The translations under genes and the position numbers were made by a program. A stretch of DNA of 64,000 nt from the human T2T-CHM13v2.0 reference genome, Homo sapiens, in the NCBI RefSeq assembly GCF_009914755.1, contig NC_060927.1. The stretch is one strand, 5' to 3'. Below the pieces are notes generated by a model. That model worked only from the letters and a program-made list of their open reading frames with translations. It was not told the origin of the DNA and made no database searches. Shown here piece after piece: positions 32,445 to 42,095 of this stretch. Positions within the stretch are counted from its first letter, which is position 1; every line of letters begins with the position of its first letter.

Positions 32445-32487
32445 TGTGTGTGTGTGTGTGTATGTGTAAGTATGTGTGTGTGTGTGC
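32445..32487. repeat. Imperfect (TG)n
   Basis: Direct. Confidence 0.85.
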
Positions 32488-33573
32488 GCTTTTAAATTTT
32501 GAACCCCAAACCCTCTCTAGCAATCCCACCTTATGTTTGGGTTGCAGTGACATTTCTTTATTAATTTTTATGCTTATGTAAACTTCCTGTGTTTCTGCAA
32601 GTTGGACCAACAAAGAAGTTGGCTACCTCTGTCACATCAGATGTTTGAGGTACAAAAAAAAAAAGAATTCCACTTCCTCCCCATCTAGTCAGAGAAAGCA
32701 CTTGTGAGCAAGCATCTCTGACACACATTACAGGAGTTGATACTACTGCAGTGTGAAACATGCGTGAAACATGCTGATAAGAATCACTGTTTTTGTCTCA
32801 GGCTTCAAATTTTCACATCAATTTGAGAAAATAGTAATATCAACAATTATTGAAAGTGGTGTGGTCTGCTACTGTTTCAAGTATTTTTAATGCTTTAGGT
32901 CATTAAGTAGCCTTTTATTTTGCCATCTGTAGCCTATCGCTAAGCAAATGTTGTGTATGTTGGGGAGGGGTGCTAAGTTTTGCGGGCCAATGCTTAATTT
33001 AGTGAACAAAATTTGACCGAAAACAGTATTTTCTAAACATGTTTTGTAGGAATTCCTTATATTCTCCTAATCCCTAGGGTCTCGTCCTGCCCAAGAAAAG
33101 ACAACCATAAAGAGGGAAGGACTAACAACTCAAGTTAAAAATGAATCAGATTTTTACTTTTGGGGTGAATGAATCACTTCCAGAAACTTGGGGTGGTGCC
33201 TCTAAAATATGTACACGGGTTAAAGCTTCTCTCGGTTTGTTTCACTCTCCTCCATTCCCTCGCACACTGATCTCATGTTCTCTCTTTGCTGGACGAATTC
33301 AAGTTCCCCAGGCGCACAGTGTGACTTCCAATTGCGGGTCGGGGGCACACATGTGGGCGGCGTGGCGTGCACACGGTACTTCGTCCTGACACCTGGGCAG
33401 ACACCTGGGAGGCACTTCCCCGCTAGCCCAAGGTTCCCTGCACGCCCGGAGTCCGCTCTGCGGCGGCTTCCCATTCATGCTTTTGACAACTCTGCGGCCG
33501 CCCGCAAGCCGAGGGCAAAGTGCCCCCTGCACCAGCCTCTCCCGCGCTGCCCTGGGGCCGGCCGGCCGGCTCC

Positions 33574-33587
33574 TCCATAGGTGGCTG
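33574..33587 (+). promoter_or_regulatory. Weaker CTCF-like motif 5' of the repeat (TCCATAGGTGGCTG)
   Basis: Core TAGGTGGC matches, flanks deviate. Confidence 0.3.
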
Positions 33588-34216
33588 CATTTCCGACTTC
33601 GCCCTGGCTCCAGTCCGGGGGCTTGACGTGCAAACTTCGCCGGAGCGAGCTGAGAGGGAGGGACCGGCAAGTGGGAGGAGGCGGCGGGAGGCGTCTCCGC
33701 TTAAGGGAGCCGGCCGGGTGCCGCCGCTCGGACGGACGCGCGGACGGAAGGAAGGAGCGGGGCAGCCGGGCCGGGCCCGGGGATGCAAGCGGCCGAAGGG
33801 TGGGCAGCTGGAGGTCCTGGGGTGCGGCTCGGGCTTCCCCGCGCGGGCTGCCATGGTGGGGCGCGGGGTTGGAGCCGGGCCGCTCCGGCGCTGGCCTCCG
33901 CGCCAGGTCCTCTGAGCAGAAGCAGGCAGGGGACCCAGCGCCGCGGTGGCGGGCCGCCTGCTGCCCGTCCCCTCCCTCGGGCGGCCGCGGGAGTCGAAAG
34001 CGAAAGCTAGCCCGCGCCGCGGACTTTGAGCCCGGGGCGGGGGGTGGCCTTGAGGAGGCGGGCTCGGGGGGCTGGGCGGCCATGGGGGCGCTGTCAGCGT
34101 GCCCCACCCGGTCCGCGGGCCGCGCACGCCGCCGGAACTCCCTGGCGCCTCCTTAAAAAACGGCCCCCGCGCGACTCTTTCCCCCTTTTTTTTGTTACAT
34201 TGTAGGAGCGGAAAGA

Positions 34217-34301
34217 ATGTCGGAGCGGGCCGCGGATGACGTCAGGGGGGAGCCGCGCCGCGCGGCGGCGGCGGCGGGCGGAGCAGCGGCCGCGGCCGCC
34301 C

Positions 34302-34335
<34 letters not shown>

Positions 34336-34541
34336 GCCGCCTCCGCAGCCCCAGCGGCAGCAGCACCCGCCACCGCCGCCACGGCGCACACGGCCGGAGG
34401 ACGGCGGGCCCGGCGCCGCCTCCACCTCGGCCGCCGCAATGGCGACGGTCGGGGAGCGCAGGCCTCTGCCCAGTCCTGAAGTGATGCTGGGACAGTCGTG
34501 GAATCTGTGGGTTGAGGCTTCCAAACTTCCTGGGAAGGACG
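34217..34541 (+). CDS. ATXN7: Ataxin-7 first coding exon (exon 3 = 34206-34541; 11 nt UTR + 325 nt CDS): polyAla, Q10, Pro-rich tract, start of conserved N-terminal block
   Basis: Translation MSERAADDVRGEPRR...QQQQQQQQQQPPPPQ...SKLPGKD recognised as ataxin-7; acceptor ttgtag|GAGCGG at 34205/6; donor GACG|gtgagt at 34541/2. Confidence 0.98.
34237..34244. promoter_or_regulatory. Full palindromic CRE (TGACGTCA) inside coding exon 3
   Basis: Exact consensus in a CpG island; occupancy unknown. Confidence 0.5.
34304..34333 (+). repeat. ATXN7: (CAG)10 SCA7 polyglutamine repeat, normal-length allele, followed by CCG CCG CCT CCG
   Basis: Ten uninterrupted CAG counted in frame. Confidence 0.98.
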
Positions 34542-34626
34542 GTGAGTGTCCACGCCCTCCTCCCCCCTTCACCCCCTCGCGACCCCCTCCTCTCTCCTCC
34601 CCTCCCCCCTGCCCCCCTCCTGTGAC

Positions 34627-34640
34627 CCGCCCCCTCGAGG
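34627..34640 (-). promoter_or_regulatory. CTCF-like motif in intron 3 (CCTCGAGGGGGCGG)
   Basis: Close match to CCASYAGRKGGCRS; a CTCF site 3' of the SCA7 repeat is known. Confidence 0.6.
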
Positions 34641-34774
34641 GGCAGAGATGCTATCGTTTGCTGGGTTGCGGAACGCGGAGGTGCCCACACCTACCCCGTG
34701 CGTGCGTGAGTGTGCGTCACACTCCTGGCCACTGACCTGCCTCTCCCCTCCTCCTGTGTGTGTATATCTCCTAG

Positions 34775-34843
34775 GGACAGAATTGGACGAAAGTTTCAAG
34801 GAGTTTGGGAAAAACCGCGAAGTCATGGGGCTCTGTCGGGAAG
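34775..34843 (+). CDS. ATXN7: Ataxin-7 exon 4 (69 nt, phase 1/1): (G)TELDESFKEFGKNREVMGLCRE
   Basis: cctag|GGACAG acceptor, GAAG|gtgagt donor; continues the exon 3 frame; no further coding exon recognised in the window. Confidence 0.97.
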
Positions 34844-36536
34844 GTGAGTCCAGCCCCCCTGATGGAGTTTGTACAAACCCCTGGGAAGTTTCATTGACAG
34901 TTCACTGGGACCGGGAACATCAGCCCACCATACCGACTCCCCGACTCCCCGTGCCTGCGAAGATGCTGCCTGAGGAGGGAGGGAGGGGGCAGAGCGCTTG
35001 GAAAGTTTGGTTTGGGGGCCTCCTGTAATGAGAGCGTCCGGAATCCTTCTGTGACCAGGCAGGAGCAGCATTATTGGTGATGAGCGCTGGGAACCGGCGG
35101 GAAGTTTAACCTAGATCTCTGCATTTCTGACCTCCTTACGGAGAAACAGGAGTAGAGGAAGGAATTCTCAGCTTTGAAACCTTTCCACGAATGCTTAGGG
35201 GACATTTTCTGTTGGCAATCGAAACGAATTTTGAACTTAAAGAAGATGCTTTACCTATGCAGTCTTATTTCTGTAGGATTTAAGGTACAAGTTGGGGATG
35301 TTAGAAAAAGGTCATCATAACCCGGAGTGCATTTTGGTCAGATTTTTTGCGAGCTGCCAATATCACGGGGGAAAGAAAGCCAGAATTTTATTTGGTCAAA
35401 TAAGCCTTTACTGCCCGTGGCTGGTGAAATCAGGGTCTAATTATTTGTTAGTTTTAAACTGTTTGGTAAAAAGATACACTAGGGAAATAGGGTATGCCTC
35501 CAAATGAAAGTCAGGCCAGGTATCTGGAAAGTGTCAGACTTTTTCTTGAGATTTTCTTTTTCTTTGAATAGTAAGCTTTTGTTGTCTAATACCTGCACTA
35601 GGCCTGGGCATACCGTGGTCAGAAAGGACTTCTGAAGTCCAGTGAACTTCGGGTTCAGTTTCAAGTTATTCTTTCAGTGAGTTAGGACAAGGCTTTGAGT
35701 GAGGTTTGGCCCCGGAATACTGAGTTTATAGTCCCCGAATGCAATTTTATTTCTCACTCGTAGCCATTTATTTTGCAGAATTGTTGTCTATGGCCCAAGG
35801 ATAGGTAGAACTTTGGCAACTGGAACATTTTTAAGTCCAAAGTTTGCCCATTGTTACTGTCTTCACATTTCCTTCTCGCTTTTCACACCTGCTTTTTCTT
35901 CACTTAACTCTGTTTCGGTTTTTTTGAATTGGGCGCTTTTTGGCCTCTTGGCACTCGGAGGAAGAGTAATACCAGTGACAGCCCGATGAGAGCTTCCAAT
36001 TGGAACAGATTATAGAACAAATTAGTTGATTTTTAAAATGAGAATTGCTATTTGAGGGTAAAGGAAAGCAAGGGAAAGCACAGGACTTGTTGATGATGTT
36101 GCAATATGAAAAATCAGTTGCTAGTCCGGTTTTAGTGCTGAATTGGCAGCCTGCCTGGGCTTAAAAAATTAAAATCACTAGGTGGCAACTCTCACAGTAA
36201 GCAGTTAGAGTAGAACTTTAGAGGACCTGACCTACTCTTGTTCTTAGTTTTCATTCTCTGGGTGTGGATACATATCCTATAAAACGTTTCTAAATCTGTG
36301 TGAAAACAAGATTGTAATTATCAATAATTCTGCTGTAAAGGATGAGTTAAGTGTATTAATGTTTCAGTGGGTACCTTGAGCTGGACAGGGACCCAACCAA
36401 ATTAAGGGGACTGTACCTCATTTTTGCTAGATATATTATTTTCTGTTGGGATACTTTTATCAGCATGTTTTTCATGAAGAACTAAGACGTTAAACTACCT
36501 ACTTGAGGCACAAAAGGGACATGGATCTTGTTAGTG

Positions 36537-36851
36537 TTTTGTTTTGTTTTTTGAGACGGAGTCTCACTCTGTGGCCATGCTGGAGTGCAGTGGTGCGATC
36601 TTGGCTCAGTGCAACCTCCACCTCCTCAGTGCAACCTCCACCTCCCAGGTTCAAGCGATTCTCCTGCCTCAGCCTCCCGAGTAGCTGGGACTGCAGGCGG
36701 CGGGCCACCACACCCAGCTAATTTTTTGTGTTTTAGTAGAGAGGAGGTTTCACCACGTTGGCCACGATGGTCTCAATCTCCTAACCTCGTGACCCACCTG
36801 CCTCGGCCTCCCAAAGTGCTGGGATTACAGGTGTGAGCCACCGCCTGGCCC
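36537..36851 (-). mobile_element. AluS with 20-bp internal duplication
   Basis: Consensus, TSD cttgttagtgtttt. Confidence 0.95.
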
Positions 36852-37296
36852 TTGTTAGTGTTTTTTAAGGGTTCCCCTCCTCCCCCTTTTAAAGTTGTTC
36901 TAACCATTTAGAGGATGCTGTAGCTACCAGGCCACTTGGAACGTACACCTGTCTGAGTTGAGACCGAAGTTTTAAATTCAGTCAGTTCTTCATTTGTTTG
37001 TGACTTTGCGGATTATGTGGGGATATTTTAAAATCCAAGTTTGAGGATGTTCAGCACTCACTCAGTGGACCTTTATGTTCTCCTAACAGACCATTGTAGG
37101 CTGCTTCAGAAATGAAAATACATTTAATATTATCAAAACTTATTAGACTATTATTCATTCATTGTCTGCTTAAAATTATCAGCTACCAAGAAAAGATGTT
37201 TTGAAGTTGAATCCATACTGATTCCTCTTGTTAAATTGAAGAAATATGTAGATAAATTGATCATGTGAGTGAATCACTGGAAGTCAGAAATGACCC

Positions 37297-37603
<307 letters not shown>

Positions 37604-38144
37604 AGAAACTCCTCATCTTGAAATATCTCTAGGAATATGCACTTGACTTGAATTCTCCAATGTGCAATTTTGGACCTAGGGGTTAGAAAGCCTGGATGTG
37701 AGAGAAAGCTGCTTAACCTTGCATTAGTTATTTCATCTTTCTGAATATACTTTCCCTCTTTGGAAGATAATACTACCTACTTCCCAAGGTTATTGTAGGA
37801 GCTGAAATTAAATTAGATAATATGTGAATGACTCAGTACACACTAATTCCTTTTAACTCTTTCAACTGTTGATAACCTGACTTCTTAATTCTATATTTCT
37901 AGGTACAGGGTTTTAAAATCTGTGACCTTTGAAAAGGCTTCAGGGGATTGTAGTTCCCCTGAAATTGTATGCAAAATAATATGTCAGTTTTCTAGGGTAG
38001 GTGTTCACAGCTTCCCTTGGATTCTCAAAAGGATCATTTACACGTCCCCACCCCTAAAATTCAAAACTGCTAAGCTAACCTCTCTGCCTGTTTTTTCTTT
38101 TCACTTTTTCCTCTTGTAACACATTACTTTGACCAACTCCTATC

Positions 38145-38330
38145 AGGCAAGACTACCCAAGGGTTAATGCTGTGGCAGAAGGTTGGAACTCTTGATTTAG
38201 ATGGAGGGAAATTATTTGTGGTTTAGGTAGTAAACCTACCCAAGGCAAGAATACCCAAGGGTTAATGTTGTGGCAGAAGGTTAGAACTCTTGATTTAGAT
38301 GGAGGGAAATTATTTGTGGTTTAGGTAGTA
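38145..38330. repeat. 88-bp direct duplication with 10-bp linker
   Basis: Copies at 38145-38232 and 38243-38330, 3 mismatches. Confidence 0.95.
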
Positions 38331-38519
38331 TATCATTCCCTCTTCTGCCATTTGGCACAAGTAGGCAAATGTTAAGACAAAATTTGGTTATTTTTCAGAG
38401 GTCAACCTAGTTTTGTTTGCATTCTTGTATTTGTATTGCCTTATTCTTGTTCTGTAATTTGCAATATTAGTTGTTAGCATGATTAATTTTGGTGGGAAGA
38501 AATTGGTAATACATTTTGA

Positions 38520-38835
<316 letters not shown>

Positions 38836-40689
38836 TTGACGTTTTTGAAATGATTAAACGTCAACCCTGGTTGATGTTTTTGAAATGATTAAACGTTTTT
38901 GAAATGATTAAGACAAATTACTGCTTTTTCCCCCAAGGTGATTTGTGAAATTCCGGACTTCCACAGATTTTGGATTTGTGAAAGTTAACAAAATTATGTT
39001 TAGATTGAATTAATTGGTACTAATAACTGATTAGGGTTTCTATATTAGTGCCTGAATATTTAGAGACCCTTAAAAAATAAAAACTTTAAATGCCTTAGTT
39101 GCACAGCAGATTTTAAAACCTATATTGTGTCATTGTAGGAGTCAACAATGGTATTGGGAAAAATGACATCTTCTTTGGGAAGCTGTCCATAACTTCTCTA
39201 AGTCTAACCGTTGTGTGGTATCAAAGTACTCTGTACTTTTTCTTTCTGCATTCTACGTGTCAGCATTTGAAACTCTGCATTATGTGATGGCTCCTTGTTA
39301 AGAGAGTAAGTTCCCTGAGGGCAGGAGTGTTGTTGATGAAGGCATATTCAGCTCCTGCACACCATTGTGCTCAGTAAATATTTGCCCCAAAAGTGGATGA
39401 GTAGAGCTACTAGGAAGATTGAATTGAGTCACTCTAGTGTGTGATTCAAATGACCAATTTTTCATTGTATTGTGACTCCAAAAGAAGACAGTATTCTGTG
39501 TGTTTGTGTGTTTAGGGGGTGTTGCTGTATGGCCCCAGGGGAGGCCAGAAGGTTTCAGCACTTTTCGTTGCTCTGTCCTTAATATAGTGCTCCATTTACA
39601 CTTTCCAGAAAGGGTACAGACAGGACATCACCTCTCTTATCTTTGATATTTAGGCAAAGAAGTAGAATAGCAACCCAGTGTGATGTCCACACTTGATGAC
39701 AGGTTATTTCCTTCTCATAATTAACCTGAACGTGATTGAGCCTGGGGCAAGATGGAAAAGTGTGTGGTTAGCACCTGTAGGCAACTAGAGTTCAAAACAA
39801 ACAAACAAACAAACAAACAAAACAGGCTTGCTAGGAGTTGGATAGCCTCAGTAAACACAGACTGAGTCAACAGAGTACCACCTTTTTTCTTTCCTAGGGG
39901 AAAAAAATGGTTCATGGTTAATTAATGGAAAACAGGTGTTTGTGAAGTATTTTACTGTTAAAGGTACTACATTGTGGGTATAATATCCTCTCCCTTAAAT
40001 AGCATTTCTGTTTTTCTCTAGGGTTTCTTTTGTCTTCTTTTCTCCTCAACTGTTTCTTATGAACAATTTGAAACATACAAAGTAGAGAAAATATTTTAAT
40101 GATCCTCCTTGTATCCATCACACAGTTTCAGCAAATAATGAGTCATGGCCCAGTCTTGCTTCACAAACTCTGCCCTACTCCCCACAGTGAATTATTTTGA
40201 AGCATATCATTTCTTTTGGTTTTTATTTTCTGCTCACATGGACTTCAACTTATTTCCTGCAAAATGGAGGCTTTTTGTGTTCTGCACCTTTCTTTTGAGG
40301 CAAGTCAGGCTACCATCCCTGATCCTCTCTGTGGGTGTGTAAAGGTTCTGCAGATGGCAGTACTTGCAGTCTGCTTATATCTTATGTGCAGATATAAACC
40401 AAGCCTCAGACAGGAATCGGTAAAATCCAAGTTCCCTGCCTCAGCATCACCTCGTGCTTGTTGAACATTAATGCACATGTAAGGAGCAGTCAGGTGATTT
40501 GGTTACAGATCGCCCACACTTAAGAAACACCTCCATAGATGAGAATCAGCGTGGCCGTGACAGTGGGCATTGTCCTTGCTGACAGCTCCTGTGCGTGTCT
40601 CCTTCCTTGTAAGCTCTTCACTAACGCGTAGGTGCAGGAACCCCCAGAGACCCAGAAAGACCCTCCTGTAGCAGGGACTTTTCCCCAGT

Positions 40690-40975
40690 TGCAGCGTGTG
40701 GGCCAAATCTTGCCTGCATGGTTTTTGCATTGCATTGGTTGGAATAAAAACTCAAAAGATTTCATGACATGTGAAAATTATATGAGACTTCAGTGTCAGT
40801 GTCCATAACTAAATTTTATTGAAACGTAGTGACGGGCATTCATTTACTTGTCTGTGGCTGCTTGCTGCATACAGTGAACAGCAGAGTTGACTACACACAA
40901 CAGAGACCATATGACCCACCAATCCCAAAACACTTACTATTGGTTCTTTACAGGAAAAGTTTGCTGACCACTGTT
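40690..40975. mobile_element. MER58-type hAT-Charlie element
   Basis: gggccaaatc...acagagaccatatg.ccc...tttacag.aaaagtttgctgacc. Confidence 0.75.
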
Positions 40976-41217
40976 CTGATGAATTCCTTGGTTGATAAAA
41001 GGAAACCCAATCTGCAGAATCGCAGAATACAGTCTTATTATTCTTGAACTGTCTATTTTGAAGGGGAGAATCTTCAAAATAATAAAATCCGTTAGTCTTA
41101 AACCAAGAGTTCATTCAATATTAAAGAAACATGTTGAGTTAGAAGGAAATAATGGAGAGTAGAAATGGTTTCACATAAGAAGGTTGCTGTCTTTGTCCAC
41201 TTTTATCATTCACTATC

Positions 41218-41401
41218 TTTTTTTTTAATTATTATACTTTAAGTTTTAGGGTACATGTGCACAATGTGCAGGTTTGTTACATATGTATACATGCGCCATG
41301 TTGGTGTGCTGCACCCATTAACTCGTCATTTAGCATTAGGTATATCTCCTAATGCTATCCCTCCCCCCTCCCCCCACCCCACAACAGTCCCAGGTGTGTG
41401 A
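41218..41401 (-). mobile_element. Young primate L1PA extreme 3' end (~185 bp)
   Basis: ttatactttaagttttagggtacatgtgcac...ctcccccctccccccacccc. Confidence 0.95.
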
Positions 41402-41929
41402 CTTTTTTATGGCATACACCTGGTTGGGAGCAGTTCACATACAGAGCACGAATAGCGCTGTTATTGCCCCAGCTTCCAAGAGCCATGGACCATGAGAATG
41501 GTGCTTGTGTTCTGTTAAGCCCCTCATGGTATGTAAATATGCAAGAGAAAGAGTCCAGAACTTTCATGGAATTTCCATTCAAATTCTCCAGAATCGCTGC
41601 CCCTGAGCTGGTTTAGAGAAGCTGAAGCCTTGTTACAGGTCTTAGGAGTTATAGGAAGAATTCACGGGGAAACAAATCTGCATTTTGATTGGAGAAGAAG
41701 GCAGACGTTGTTCTTTAGGCCCCATATCTTTATAATTTTGTGCTTACTGGAAAGTAACACCTGGCACAATCCATGCTGAATTTCTGAACCCTCATGTTTC
41801 GCAATTCATGGAGACCATGCACATGTTTCCATGTGCACAGTAGGATGGGGTTCCCAAGCTGTGTCCAATTTACAGTTTTGATTGGTTCTTGTAAACTCTA
41901 ATCTCAGGAGGGAAGTATGAGGTATTTAT

Positions 41930-42095
41930 AAATCACAGTCCTGTGATCTAGGTATCACCATTATCTCCATTTTACAGATGAGGAAACTACGACTCAGAAA
42001 AGTGAGGTAGCCCGCTAAGATCACAAAGCATGTAAGAGGCCCTGTAACCCAGATCTGTCTAATTACTCCACAGCTCACATGCTTAACCATTCTGC
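41930..42095 (-). mobile_element. MIR
   Basis: ccattttacagatgaggaaact core. Confidence 0.8.

Larger units (their letters stand above)
33100..34700 (-). ncRNA. SCAANT1: SCAANT1 (SCA7 antisense non-coding transcript 1), approximate extent
   Basis: Established antisense RNA at the ATXN7 repeat CpG island; boundaries are approximate and not derivable from sequence. Confidence 0.5.
33290..35110. promoter_or_regulatory. CpG island over exons 3-4; site of the described alternative ATXN7 promoter and antisense promoter
   Basis: Abrupt rise in GC and CpG density with GC boxes; promoter role is from the literature and TSS positions cannot be read from sequence. Confidence 0.9.

Noticed and set aside
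33141-34156. Long overlapping ORFs on both strands (up to 234 aa)
   Set aside because: Expected from stop-codon scarcity in a CpG island; low-complexity Pro/Arg/Gly/Ala translations with no recognisable family
34703-34711. Donor-like TGC|GTGAGT inside intron 3
   Set aside because: Leaves only a 69-nt intron and a frameshift, with weak exonic positions; no evidence of use
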